Positions 28,371 to 39,864 are shown, counted from the first letter of the stretch. The stretch is 64,000 bases of DNA from Microcoleus sp. (GCA_052279835.1 CP181291.1:96001-160000); one strand, 5' to 3'. Notes: generated by a model from the sequence alone, not told the origin. A program made the numbers and translations.

Positions 28371-28923
28371 GGCTGAAGCAATTATGTTGCTGCGGGACTT
28401 ATCCTCATCAGTTCGATTGGTGATACCCAGCATTTGTTACAGGTCGTCTCTGTCGGCTTTAGAGGATGAGTTGAAGCGACAAAACTATTTTCAGCAACAG
28501 CTAAGCCTTCAAATTAGCGAAACAAAGCGAGATGTGACATCCGAACACGCCGCATCTCTATCTTTTCACCTAGAAGAGTCATTTATTTACTATCGCAATC
28601 GAGTAGGTGAAATTAAATTTCGACTGCGTGAAGCAATTTCTCTGCTGTCTAAAAATGCAGAAATGATTGTATTAAATACAGAGATTATCGAAGCAAGCTT
28701 AAACACAACTTTTATCGCCAAAGACCCAACAGATAATTTGATTCTACACTGTATCCTGAGTCATGCCCGCTTGCACCCCACAGAAGCCAAAGCATTTCTA
28801 AGCGGCAATGTCAAAGAATTTCGTCAACTTGCGGAAGTTCAAGATGCTTTACAACAGGCTGGAGTGGAAAAGTATTTTTCGCGTACAGAAGACTTTCTCG
28901 GTTGGTTACAATCTCATTCCTAG
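28315..28923 (+). CDS. PIN-like domain protein (DUF4935-like)
   Basis: IVYIETNFL (ETN in place of DTN), DPTDNLIL, FLSGNVKEF. Confidence 0.7.
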   Translation: MAIVYIETNFLMTIATGREAEAIMLLRDLSSSVRLVIPSICYRSSLSALEDELKRQNYFQQQLSLQISETKRDVTSEHAASLSFHLEESFIYYRNRVGEIKFRLREAISLLSKNAEMIVLNTEIIEASLNTTFIAKDPTDNLILHCILSHARLHPTEAKAFLSGNVKEFRQLAEVQDALQQAGVEKYFSRTEDFLGWLQSHS

Positions 28924-28951
28924 TTGCACGAAAATGGTATAGTAAAAAAAT

Positions 28952-30724
28952 ATGAAAATTTCTATCATGTTACATTCAAAACTACGATCGCTCGTGATTC
29001 TACTGGCGGCAATTCTCACCATAACTCTGTCTGCGTGCACTCCAGCGCGATCGAATTTAGTAAACAGACTCATAGTTCCTACCCCCAGTGGTCCAGCCAC
29101 CTTTAACTACCCCCTAAATCAATCAGCCTACAGCGTTTTTGGCTATCTCAATGAAGGACTGATCAACGAAAACGGTCTCACATCGGAACTAGAACCCGGT
29201 TTAGCAGAGTCTTGGAAAGTCTCTAAAGATGGCAAAAAGATTGTCTTCACCCTGCGAGAGGGATTGAAATGGTCTGATGGCGAACCGATGACTACAGATG
29301 ACATTATCTTCAGCTATGACAAGATTTATTTCAATGATAAAATTCCCAGTGGTTTAAAAGATACCCTCAGAGTTGGGATGAGTCGCCAATTCCCCAAACT
29401 CAAAAAAATTGATAGTCGTCGGGTAGAATTTTCCGTTGCAGAACCCTTTGCTCCATTTATTAGATATGCTGGGGGCATACCGATTTTACCAGCTCATATT
29501 TTGCAGGCATCTGTAGATAATACAGATAGTGAAGGCAAACCGAAGTTCCTGACTACTTGGGGGACAGATACTGACCCCCAAAAAATTGTCGGTAATGGTC
29601 AATATCGAATGTTAAGCTATACTCCTAATCAACGAGTAGTCTTAGAAAGAAATCCCTATTTTTGGCGTAAAGATACTCAGGGAACAGATCAGCCTTACAT
29701 CCAGCAAATAGTCTGGCAAATTATCGAAAATACTGATACTCAACTGCTGAATTTTCGCTCTGGTGATTTGGATAGTCTGGACGTGCAGCCCGAAGTGTTT
29801 CCGCTGCTGAAAAGGGAGGAAAAACGCGGTAAATATACGGTATTTAACGGTGGTCCCGACACTGGCAGTGTATTTATGTGTTTCAATCTGAATCAGGGTC
29901 GTAATGCTCAAAATCAGCCCTTTGTAGACCCGATTAAATCTCGGTGGTTCGCAACTAAGGAGTTTCGGCAGGCGATCGCCTATGGTATCAACCGCGACGC
30001 CATGACTAACAATATCTATCGCGGACTTGGCGCGCCCCTGCATTCCCCAATTCCAGCCCAAAGCCCGTTTTACTTATCCCCAAAAGAAGGATTAAAAACT
30101 TACAACTACGACCCCAAAAAAGCCAAAGAACTACTGTTAAGTGCTGGCTTCAAGTATAATAATGAAGGGAATTTATTGGATCGGGAGGGGAACAAAGTGC
30201 GATTTACTTTATTAATGGCGGCCGGCAAAAAAGTCCGGGAACAAATGGGAACACAAATTAAACAAGATTTAGGCAAGTTAGGCATACAGATTGATACACA
30301 ATTTCTCAGCTTTAACACTTATGTAGAAAAGCTACGTTTGACTAAAAATTGGGATACCTATCTCGGTGGTTTTACTGGCGGTCTGGAACCGCACAGTGGC
30401 TACAATATCTGGTCAGTAAACGGCACTTTACACAGTTTTAACCAGGGACCGCAGGCTGGGGAACCGCCGATTAAGGGCTGGAAAGTTGCTGACTGGGAGC
30501 AGAAAATTGATGACCTATATGTGAAAGCTTCCCAGGAACTAAACGAGGCTAAGCGCAAGGAACTTTATGCAGAAACCCAACGGATTATAGCAGAACAAGC
30601 ACCGTTTATCTACATGGTGAATCCCTTGACTTTTGAGGCGGTGCGCGATCGCATTTCAGGAATTAGGTATAGTGCTATAGGAGGCGCTTTCTGGAATTTG
30701 TACGAGTTGAAAATTACCGAATAG
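28952..30724 (+). CDS. Peptide/nickel ABC transporter substrate-binding lipoprotein (family 5)
   Basis: Lipobox LSAC, PGLAESW, FTLREGLKWSDGEP, FRQAIAYGINR, YDPKKAKELL. Confidence 0.92.
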   Translation: MKISIMLHSKLRSLVILLAAILTITLSACTPARSNLVNRLIVPTPSGPATFNYPLNQSAYSVFGYLNEGLINENGLTSELEPGLAESWKVSKDGKKIVFTLREGLKWSDGEPMTTDDIIFSYDKIYFNDKIPSGLKDTLRVGMSRQFPKLKKIDSRRVEFSVAEPFAPFIRYAGGIPILPAHILQASVDNTDSEGKPKFLTTWGTDTDPQKIVGNGQYRMLSYTPNQRVVLERNPYFWRKDTQGTDQPYIQQIVWQIIENTDTQLLNFRSGDLDSLDVQPEVFPLLKREEKRGKYTVFNGGPDTGSVFMCFNLNQGRNAQNQPFVDPIKSRWFATKEFRQAIAYGINRDAMTNNIYRGLGAPLHSPIPAQSPFYLSPKEGLKTYNYDPKKAKELLLSAGFKYNNEGNLLDREGNKVRFTLLMAAGKKVREQMGTQIKQDLGKLGIQIDTQFLSFNTYVEKLRLTKNWDTYLGGFTGGLEPHSGYNIWSVNGTLHSFNQGPQAGEPPIKGWKVADWEQKIDDLYVKASQELNEAKRKELYAETQRIIAEQAPFIYMVNPLTFEAVRDRISGIRYSAIGGAFWNLYELKITE

Positions 30725-30890
30725 TCATTAGTCATTAGCGGTGCCCTGAGCGGAGTCGAAGGGTCGAAGGGTCGAAGGGTCATTAGTCATTAGGATAGCG
30801 ACAATTACCAATTACCAATTCCCAATTCCCAATTCCCAATTCCCAATTCCCAATTCCCCATTCCCCATTCCCCATTCCCCATTCCCAATT
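30724..30890. repeat. STRR-like heptamer tracts (GTCATTA, GTCGAAG, ATTCCC(A/C)) with an embedded CCCTGAGCGGAGTCGAAGGG small dispersed repeat
   Basis: Read directly from the intergenic region. Confidence 0.85.
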
Positions 30891-30893
30891 TTC

Positions 30894-31682
30894 ATGCAAC
30901 CTGAAATCTTACAAAAGTTACTCCAATCTGTGGCCGCAGGTGATGTCAGTCCCGCCACAGCTTTAGAAAAACTCAAGCACTTTGACTTTGAACAAGTGGG
31001 CGATTTTGCCAAAATCGACCACCACCGCACTCTCAGAACCGGTTTCCCAGAAGTAATTTGGGGACCAGGTAAAACCCCAGACCAAATTGTTGAGATTATC
31101 CAGGTGATGCGGGGGCGAAATCCGGCAGTGATGGCGACGCGAATTGAACCGGAAGTTTTCGAGCAATTACAGCAAAAAATTCCAGATTTGTGCTATTACC
31201 AAAAAGCTCGAATTTGTGCTATTTCTCCTAGTTCCCCAACTTCGCAACATCCAGGTAAAGTCACAATTATTAGTGCGGGAACCGCCGATTTGTCTGTAGC
31301 GGAAGAGGCGGCTGTGACTGCCGAACTTTGCGGTTTTCAGGTAGAGCGTTTGTGGGATGTGGGAGTTGCGGGCATTCACCGCTTGCTGAGTAATCGCCAC
31401 GTTATTGCTGATGCTGATGTGTTGATTGCGGTGGCTGGTATGGAAGGTGCTTTGGCGAGTGTGGTTGCAGGTTTGGCAGATTGTCCGGTGATTGCTGTAC
31501 CGACAAGTGTTGGTTATGGCGCTAGTTTTGGCGGGATTGCGCCTCTTTTAACTATGCTTAATTCTTGTGCGGCTGGTGTGGGCGTGGTGAATATTGATAA
31601 TGGCTTTGGTGCGGCAATTTTAGCTTGTCAAATTCTCAGAACCGCTGGCAGAGTTGGGAAAAATCAAAAAATACAGTCCTAA
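30894..31682 (+). CDS. larB: Nickel-pincer cofactor biosynthesis protein LarB / CpmA-like (PurE-like fold)
   Basis: [70 protein letters not shown]. Confidence 0.9.
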   Translation: MQPEILQKLLQSVAAGDVSPATALEKLKHFDFEQVGDFAKIDHHRTLRTGFPEVIWGPGKTPDQIVEIIQVMRGRNPAVMATRIEPEVFEQLQQKIPDLCYYQKARICAISPSSPTSQHPGKVTIISAGTADLSVAEEAAVTAELCGFQVERLWDVGVAGIHRLLSNRHVIADADVLIAVAGMEGALASVVAGLADCPVIAVPTSVGYGASFGGIAPLLTMLNSCAAGVGVVNIDNGFGAAILACQILRTAGRVGKNQKIQS

Positions 31683-31688
31683 GCGTTT

Positions 31689-31711
31689 CAAGGGGCAATT
31701 TCCCCTTGAAA
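31689..31711. terminator. Hairpin between convergent larB and adhesin genes
   Basis: TTCAAGGGG-CAATTT-CCCCTTGAA; a second hairpin CGCCCTTAATA..TATTAAGGGCG lies at about 31739-31763. Confidence 0.5.
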
Positions 31712-31784
31712 AGTACCTATTTCGTGTAGATTGTTGCGCGCCCTTAATAGTGTATTAAGGGCGATCGCACTTTGTCTCAATTCC

Positions 31785-34700
31785 CTAAACCAGCAAGAAG
31801 TTAGCCGCTGTAAGCGAATTGGCATTCACTCCTGCAATCACACCTAACTCCTCCCCTGTCAAGACATTCTTAATCAAAGTTGCTTGATTATTTTGAGTGA
31901 TGGCTAACTGACTAAAACTCAAACCTCCACTCAATCCAATCAAATCTTGACCGAGAGTAAAATCAGCAATGATATCAAATCCTTGACCAGCTTGTAAGAC
32001 AAAGATATCATTCCCACTACCGCCGATTAAACTATCATTCCCCAAGTCTCCGTAAAGAATATCATCACCTTTTCCGCCTAGGAGAGTATCATTATCTTCC
32101 CCTCCGTAAAGAGTATCATTGCCTTCACAGCCTCCGAGAATATCTGCTTGTTCGTTACCCCCGATCAAATCATCGCCAACCCCGCCACAGATGGTATCCG
32201 AACCCTCATTCCCAAACAGGGAGTCATTACCTTCACTACCTTGGATGATGTCATCACCTTTACCTCCAAATAAGTTGTCATTACCCTTGCCACCATCAAT
32301 AAAGTCATCATTTCGATTCCCATAAACGATGTCATCATCTTCGCTGCCATTAATGGAGTCATTGCCTTTCCCTCCAAAGATTAAATCCTTGCCCAATTCA
32401 CCCAGAATGATGTCATTTCCTTCATCTCCAAATAAAATGTCTTCACCACTACCACCGCTGATAAAATCCTTGCCTTTATTGCCATTAAAGATGTCACCGC
32501 TGTCGCCACCATATAAGTTATCATCCCCGGATTTGGCATCGAATATATTGCCATTGTTGCTACCTAAAAATTCATCATTTTTGGCAGTCCCTATTTGAAT
32601 TGTAGATACACCGAGTATGGTGTTTTCAACTGAATTTGGTTGGTTTAAATTGGGATAGTCAATTTGGTCGCAGATGCAGTCATCATTGGGGATGTTGGTG
32701 GGTGTTGGTGTCGGCGTTACCGATGGTGTTGGCGTGGGTACAGGTGCAGTAGTTGGGGTGGGTACAGGTGCAGTAGTTGGGGTGGGTACAGGTGCAGTAG
32801 TTGGTGTTGGTACAGGTGCAGGACTTGGTGTTGGTACAGGTGCAGGACTTGGTGTTGGTACAGGTGCAGGACTTGGTGTTGGTACAGGTGCAGGACTTGG
32901 TGTTGGTACAGGTGCAGGACTTGGTGTTGGTACAGGTGCAGGACTTGGTGTTGGTACAGGTGCAGGACTTGGTGTTGGTACAGGTGCAGGACTTGGTGTT
33001 GGTACAGGTGCAGGACTTGGTGTTGGTACAGGTGCAGGACTTGGTGTTGGTACAGGTGCAGGACTTGGTGTTGGTACAGGTGCAGTAGTTGGTGTTGGTA
33101 CAGGTGCAGGACTTGGTGTTGGTACAGGTGCAGGACTTGGTGTTGGTACAGGTGCAGGACTTGGTGTTGGTACAGGTGCAGGACTTGGTGTTGGTACAGG
33201 TGCAGGACTTGGTGTTGGTGTGATGTCGTTGTCAGTATTAGTCACTGCGACATCAGCCGGATTAACACCGTTATAATTAGTATCGGTACTGGTAGCGGGA
33301 GCGGTGACAATGTTGTAAGCAACAGTCCCATCTACTACGCTGTCATCTACTCCGGTAGCGGTGACTGTTTGGGGAGTATTCCAGTTAGCAGAAGTGAAAG
33401 TAACAGTTGATTGATCGACAGTACCTTCATCAGTGTTACTGCTAGTTAATGGAATGGTGACATCGGCTGTTGGTTGAGTGTTTAAAACTACTGTAAATGT
33501 AGCCTTACCACCCGCTTCAGTTGTGGTTAATTCGGTGGTTGGGCTGACTGTGATTCCAGCGGTTTCGTTATCACTATTAGTAACTGCAACATCAGCGGCA
33601 TTAACACCACTGTAATTAGTATCGTTACTGGTGGCCGCAGCAGTGACTATGTTGTAGGCAATATTTCCATCAACTAGGGTATCATCTACGCCTGTAACGG
33701 TGACAGTTTGTGCTACATTCCAGTTAGCAGAGGTGAAGGTGACACTGTTTTTATCGACCGTACCTTCAGCAGTGTTACTGCTAGTTAATGGGATGGTGAC
33801 ATTGGCTGTGGGTTGGCTATTTAAAACTACTGTAAATGTAGCCTTACCTCCGGCTTCAGTTGTGGTTAATCCGGTGGTGGGTGTGATGGTGATTCCTTTG
33901 CTATCGTTATCACTATTAGTAACTGCAACATCAGTGGCATTAAAACCACTGTAATTAGTATCGGTACTGGTGGCCGCAGCGGTGACTATGTTGTAGGCAA
34001 TATTCCCATCAACTACGCTATCATCTACTCCCGTTACTGTGACTGTTTGTGCCACATTCCAGTTAGCCGGAGTGAAAGTTAAACTGTTTTTATCGACCGT
34101 ACCTTCAGCAGTGTTACTGCTAGTTAATGGGATAGTGACATTGGCTGTGGGTTGCGTGTTTAACTTGACTGTAAATGTAGCAGTTCCCCCCGCTTCAGTT
34201 GTGGTTAATCCGGTGGTTGGGCTGACTGTGATTCCAGCGGTTTCGTTATCGGTGTTGGTGACAGCTACATCGGCTGGTTTGAGATTTTTGTAGTTGGTAT
34301 CTGTCGTAGTTGTATCAGCCGTCGTCAGAATTTTATAGGCTTGATTTCCGTCAGCAATTGAGTCATCTACTCCGGTAACGGTGACAGTTTGTGCTACATT
34401 CCAGTTAGCAGAGGTGAAGGTGACACTGTTTTTATCGACCGTACCTTCAGCAGTGTTACTGCTAGTTAATGGGATAGTGACATTGGCTGTGGGTTGCGTG
34501 TTTAACTTGACTGTAAATGTAGCAGTTCCCCCCGCTTCAGTTGTGGTTAATCCGGTGGTTGGGCTGACTGTGATTCCAGCGGTTTCGTTATCGGTGTTGG
34601 TGACAGCTACATCGGCTGGTTTGAGATTTTTGTAGTTGGTATCTTTCGTAGTTGTATCAGCCGTCGTCAGAATTTTATAGGCTTGATTTCCGTCAGCAAT

Positions 34701-37700
34701 TGAGTCATCTACTCCGGTAACGGTGACTGTTTGTGCCACATTCCAGTTAGCAGAGGTGAAGGTGACACTGTTTTTATCGACCGTACCTTCAGCAGTGTTA
34801 CTGCTAGTTAATTGGATAGTGACATTGGCTGTTGGTTGCGTGTTTAACTTGACTGTAAATGTAGCATTTCCCCCCGTTTCAGTTGTGGTTAATCCGGTGG
34901 TTGGGCTGACTGTGATTCCAGCAGTATCATTGTCTGCGTTGGTGACGGCTACATCGGCTGGTTTGAGATTTTTGTAGTTGGTATCTTTCGTAGTTGTATC
35001 AGCCGTCGTCAGAATTTTATAGGCTTGATTTCCGTCAGCAATTGAGTCATCTACTCCGGTAACGGTGACTGTTTGTGCTACATTCCAGTTAGCAGAGGTG
35101 AAGGTGACACTGTTTTTATCGACCGTACCTTCAGCAGTGTTACTGCTAGTTAATGGAATGGTGACATTGGCTGTTGGTTGAGTGTTTAAAACTACTGTAA
35201 ATGTAGCCTTACCACCCGCTTCAGTTGTGGCTAATCCGGTGGTTGGGCTGACTGTGATTCCAGCAGTATCATTGTCAGTAATCGTCACACTTTGATTAAT
35301 AGTAGTTCCTAATGCTATTCCTGTTGATGGGTTGCTAATTGTTAAAGTAGCTGTTTCCGCACCTTCGACCAGAAAATCATCATTAACTGTAAGGGTTACT
35401 TGCCCTGTATTACTGCCATTTGGGATAGTTATTTGAGCGGGAATTGTAGTATTAGTAAAATCAGCAGCACTCGCAGTACCAGTTAATGCTAAATTAACTG
35501 TTTGATCGCCGACGACATTACCTTCAGCATTAGCGGTAAAGGTAATAGCTGTTGTCCCGGCTTCACTGGCAGTAGTTGTGCTGGCAGTGAGGTTAACTTT
35601 TGGTACGGGAATGGTGATATTAAAGGTGGCTGTGTTGGAAAGGTCAACACCACCATTGGCTGTACCGCCGTTATCTTGCAGTTGCACAGTTACGGTGGCG
35701 GTACCGGGTTTACCACTGGGAGTGTAGGTCAGCGTGCCATTGGTTGCTACACTTGGTTGAGTAATAAATAAAGTATTGTCGCTGTTGGTAACAATGTATT
35801 TGCTAACTGTTTGAGTTGATTCATCGGTGGGGCCGAAAGTAACACCATTTACCCAAGGACTACTTTGAGTGGCGTTTGTCCATGATGTTAGGATTTGATT
35901 GCCAGCGTTAGTGAAGCTGGGTTTGTCATTGACGGGGTTGACGGTGATGGCTGCGGTGTCGGTGGCAGTGCTGACACCTATGTTGATGGTGCTATTGGAT
36001 GTGCTGCCATTCGTGCCCACTATTTGATCCCAGGCGCGGAAGGTAATGCCGTTGGCGACAGTGCCGTTGTAGTCGGCAGTTGGTTGGAAGTAGATGCGGG
36101 TATTGGCATCGGCGGCGAGTAAGCGAGCGTTAGTATCGGATACTGCGCCCAATGCAGTCCAAGTTGTCCCGCCATCTATGGTGTAAAACCAACTGCCGTT
36201 AGTCGTGTTGGTGGCAGTGATGGCGATACCAGCCAATGGGCCAGTGTCGGGGTCGGTGATGTTTTTACCGATGGCTGCAATAGATGAGATGAGTGTGCCG
36301 ACAGGGCCAGTGGGTGCAACTGCATCTTCTAGGACAGAATTGAGGGTGACGGCGGTATCGGCAAGGACGGGGGCGGTGTTGATAATTGTCCCAATGTAGA
36401 TATCGTTATTATCTGTGGTAGTGCTTGCGTTCTGAGCAGCAGTATTACCGATGGTGCGTAGGAAACCAAGGGCAGTGACCGTGGGAAGAGCCACGGGCAT
36501 TCCCTGAGTGTTACCTTGGGCGGTTTGTGCGGCTTGGGCTGCTGCATCCAATACAAAAATCGCGCCTCCCAGGGCTTTGCCATTATTCGCTCCCGTGCCA
36601 CCTGTCGTGGTGTTGTTGTTGAAGGTATTATTCTGTAGTGTTAAAGTGCCTTCCCTGACAAAAATCGCGCCCCCTAATCCTCCGCCTCCACCACCAGGAA
36701 GAAACGGGGTATAGCCTGTTGTACCGCCGCCGGAGCCACCGCCAAAGCCACCGGCACCAGGGTTGTTAGTGTTAAGACTCACACCGCCGCCACCGCCAAA
36801 GCCACCTTTGCCACCTAAGTTAGCAGCAGCACCGCCGCCGCCACCAAAGCCACCCCAACCACCATTCAAAAAGGCTTGGTCGCCAGCAGAACCGCCACCG
36901 CCACCAAATGCACCGTTGCCTCCGTTGGTATTATTAAAACCGCCGCCACCACCGCCGCCACCAGTACCATCACCGCCAACCGTCCCATTACCGCCAGCGC
37001 CGCCGCTCCCGCCGAAAGCACCGCCAGAACCGCCATTTCCACCGATGTAGGAGATGTTAGAGTTATTGCCGCCGTTGCCGCCAAACCCGCCGCCGCCGTT
37101 GCCGCCAGAAGCACCGCTTACCCCAACTCCGCTGTTACCGCCAAGACCGCCACCGCCGGCTACGAATTGATTATTATTGGCGCTGCTCCCGCCGATCGCC
37201 TGGTTACTGGTAAAAATGACATTATCAATTGTCACATTACCGTTATAGATAAATAACGCGCCACCCATGCCAGCAGCACCGCCGCCGCCACCGCTGTTAG
37301 TCCCGCTGCCATTTCCACCTTGTGCCCTTCCTCCGGTAATGGTCAGGTTGGAGAAGCTAACAGTTCCAGACTTGACAAAGAAGGGACGAACATCACCCGC
37401 ATCATTGGTGCTGTTGTTATTAACATCCCCGCTAACGGTAAAACCGCCACCGATCAAGGCGATATTGCTGTCAATTAGAACTTGGGGAACTCCCGTAAAT
37501 CGGACATTTGTGGTGAGGGTAATAGTGTCATCCCCTGCTGCGGCATTAGCATCTAAAATGGCTTTGCTTAATGTGCCTGCCACAGTGCCAGTGCCATCAT
37601 CAGTTGCCGCTGTGACATTAAAGTTAGCTAATTTATATTCATAATCTTCCATCGCTTCCTGATTAAAGGGTACGGCGGCTTCAATCTTACCCGTTGCTAT

Positions 37701-38144
37701 TTCTAAATCCCAGTCGCCACCTAATGCTTGATTTCCGGTTAAGTCGTTAGAGGCGGCGATATCTGCCCCGGTGAGTTCGCTCAATCGTTTGACAAAATTG
37801 TAGCCAGTTTCTCCGGCGGCTACGTCGCATCCATATAATAGGATGTCGCCATTTTCAGTGAGGGCATTTCCCCACTGTTTTAGCTGACTATTGAAATTTT
37901 CTAGGTCATTCCCATTCAGTACATCTGTACCGAGTGTTAAACTGCCTTCGCTACCGTGAGAAAGTATCTGTACAGATTCAATATCTTTTTGATTGGCTAA
38001 GGTATTAGTAATTTGTTCGATCGCGCTCAAATTTTCATTTTAAATGAAAATTTGAGCGCGATCGATGCCTTCGATCAGGCTTTGATATTTCTGTACTGAG
38101 GCGTCTACGAAGATGATTTGCTTGTTCGCGGTTGGTAAGTTCAT
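31785..38144 (-). CDS. Giant secreted RTX adhesin (DUF4347, Gly-rich region, cadherin/Ig-like, Calx-beta-like repeats, Pro/Thr linker, RTX), with an in-frame TAA at codon 35
   Basis: ATG 38144 reads [44 protein letters not shown], in frame with ORF 31785-38030. DUF4347 motifs [25 protein letters not shown]-terminal GGxGxD nonapeptides. Confidence 0.88.
32737..33216 (-). repeat. 24-bp coding tandem repeat x20 (PTPSPAPV / PTPTTAPV)
   Basis: Unit ggtacaggtgcaggacttggtgtt; 16 SP-type and 4 TT-type copies. Confidence 0.95.
33230..35285 (-). repeat. Six 339-342-bp coding repeats (Calx-beta-like modules)
   Basis: Recurrent [17 protein letters not shown]...[15 protein letters not shown]...DVAVTN.DN; several copies are almost identical at DNA level. 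Confidence 0.92.
38017..38065. repeat. Perfect palindrome, 24-bp arms with a 1-nt centre, inside the adhesin coding sequence
   Basis: TCGATCGCGCTCAAATTTTCATTT-T-AAATGAAAATTTGAGCGCGATCGA. Confidence 0.95.
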
Positions 38145-38283
38145 GGTTGTTGAAATCCTTGAGATTTATGGTTTACATTTCAGTCCGGCAGGGAATTCAT
38201 TGCCGGCCTCAAAGATCAAGTCCTAGCTATGAGGACTTAAGAGCTGATTAGTCATATCCAAGCAACGGAGAACACCGCACCAG

Positions 38284-38512
38284 GCCTATTGGTATCAACT
38301 TAAAGTCAAACCCAGTCAGAGATTGCTCTTTGACTATTAAATCTAGATCCCCCCCAGCCGAGAGGGCGGGCACGGGGGGACCGCCCCTACAGAAGGGGGG
38401 GACAAGATTCCGATCTTTCGTCCCCCTTCTGTAGGGGGATGCGAGGGGGATCTAGACTTAGGTAAAAACGAGATTTATCAAGAGTTTAAGGCGATTGTTG
38501 ACACCAATGGGC
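38284..38512. mobile_element. Degenerate MITE-like element of the CCCAT(A/T)GGTGTCAAC inverted-repeat family
   Basis: Left end GCCTATTGGTATCAACTTAAAGTCAAACCCAGTCA (as at 43660), right end GTTGACACCAATGGGC. Its last ~90 nt recur at 38933-39025. Confidence 0.65.
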
Positions 38513-38614
38513 GGTGCCGTCTCCATACACCAAAATAATGATGTTAGAGGTTTATTTGGCTTTTGCTACAATAGCACGGGCGCGGCTATTTGTTGAATCT
38601 ATCCAAAAAGATAA

Positions 38615-38911
38615 GCCGGGAAATATTTATCGAATTAATTGTACTTTACTTCACCACAGGCGATAGGTGTCGAAGATTACTTCTTTATCCGCTTGCGGGT
38701 GATAATAGGCAGAAAATATACCGATAATCAGCGCCCGTTTTTGTTCATGGGAAATGAACACGGAACACTTGTTGTCTTCGCTTATTGCTTCCAAAATTCG
38801 ATCGACTAAACCCCCAACGGGGCTAGTCATGGCCGCGTGAAACCGGGGATTTTGGCGGAGCAAAGCCGTCAGCAATGTAGAAGCTGAGCGGGGTAGTCCT
38901 GATATGAAGTG
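38615..38911 (-). pseudogene. Sulfotransferase family remnant
   Basis: PAPS-binding motif HFISGLPRSASTLL..LLRQNPRFHA; continues IFDTYRLW*SKVQLIR*IFPG with in-frame stops; the 5' end abuts a repeat element. Confidence 0.75.
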
Positions 38912-39042
38912 GGGACAGGAGTCTTTTCTTTGGTCCCCCTTAAGAAGGGGGATGCGAGGGGGAGCTGGACTCAGGTAAAAACGAGATTTATCAAGGCTTT
39001 CTGGCGATTGTTGACACCAATGGGCATTGCCCTGTGCTCTGT

Positions 39043-39666
39043 TTATTTTGGTGTAGGGAGACTTCTGAGCCAAATCGGATAACCAGAAGAATCCTCAACT
39101 TTCAACTTTTGCGCTTGATAACTCTTGTTAGTCCAAGTAGCTACTGTTTGCAGACTTTCTGTCAAAAAACTTTCGCTCCCAAAGGCTTCAAAGCCCAAAG
39201 TCCAGGATGGGCTGCCATTAATATTCAATTGAGTAATTTCCACTATGCAGCCTTGAGGTATGGGCGCTTCTACAGGGACAGACATCAGTACGCCTGGGGC
39301 AGAAACTTGGTAAAGACGCTGTGCTCGTTTTTTCTTGACTTTCACCCACTTTCCTGTGGCGATTAAGTCCGCCGGCAATGGGCCCATCGTGTCAGCACAA
39401 ATCCACTTTAGCCACTTCTCGGCTTTTCCTTCCCAACGATTGCCGAACAGCATCGCCCCACTTTCTGCCTGTCGCCACTTTACTTGTAAATTTTTTTGTC
39501 GCAGTTTGACTCCTAAGTAGTCGCAGCCCGGTATCAGTAAATATAAGTCTTCTCGCTCTTCTGGTGGCGACAGATACCCGCCCAGACTTTCGCTTCCAAA
39601 CCATTGACCGATCGCCTTTGGTAACATTCCGTTACAAAACCACCGCATTTCCAGACTGGTCCGCAT
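39043..39666 (-). CDS. Hypothetical protein, CYTH-like (triphosphate tunnel) pattern
   Basis: LEMRWF, EREDLY, GVKLR..VKWR, VKKKR, VEIT, GFEA, C-terminal GYP match the CYTH motif order. Confidence 0.55.
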   Translation of the reverse strand: MRTSLEMRWFCNGMLPKAIGQWFGSESLGGYLSPPEEREDLYLLIPGCDYLGVKLRQKNLQVKWRQAESGAMLFGNRWEGKAEKWLKWICADTMGPLPADLIATGKWVKVKKKRAQRLYQVSAPGVLMSVPVEAPIPQGCIVEITQLNINGSPSWTLGFEAFGSESFLTESLQTVATWTNKSYQAQKLKVEDSSGYPIWLRSLPTPK

Positions 39667-39846
39667 AATTTTTCCTCTCTTCCCAATTTTTCGTCAAACC
39701 CAGACCGGATTTGCTATATACCTTGGACTCTTTAACCTCGCTGACTCTATCCTCCCCTGTCGGGGGCCGAGAGTCTACTACCCCCTGTTTCGATCGACTA
39801 TTTAAAAAAAACTTTCTCACATTCCTTTACATATCTTCATAAGTCT

Positions 39847-39864
39847 GTTACATTTATTTACAGT
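39847..39864 (+). promoter_or_regulatory. HLR1 (RpaB-binding) element upstream of the hli gene
   Basis: GTTACATT-TA-TTTACAGT, 27 nt before the ATG of a high-light-inducible gene. Confidence 0.7.

Noticed and set aside
32664..33410. Cys/Trp-rich, (GVGTGAGL)n and (LVLVQVQD)n ORFs on the plus strand
   Set aside because: These are antisense shadows of the 24-bp coding repeat in the adhesin.
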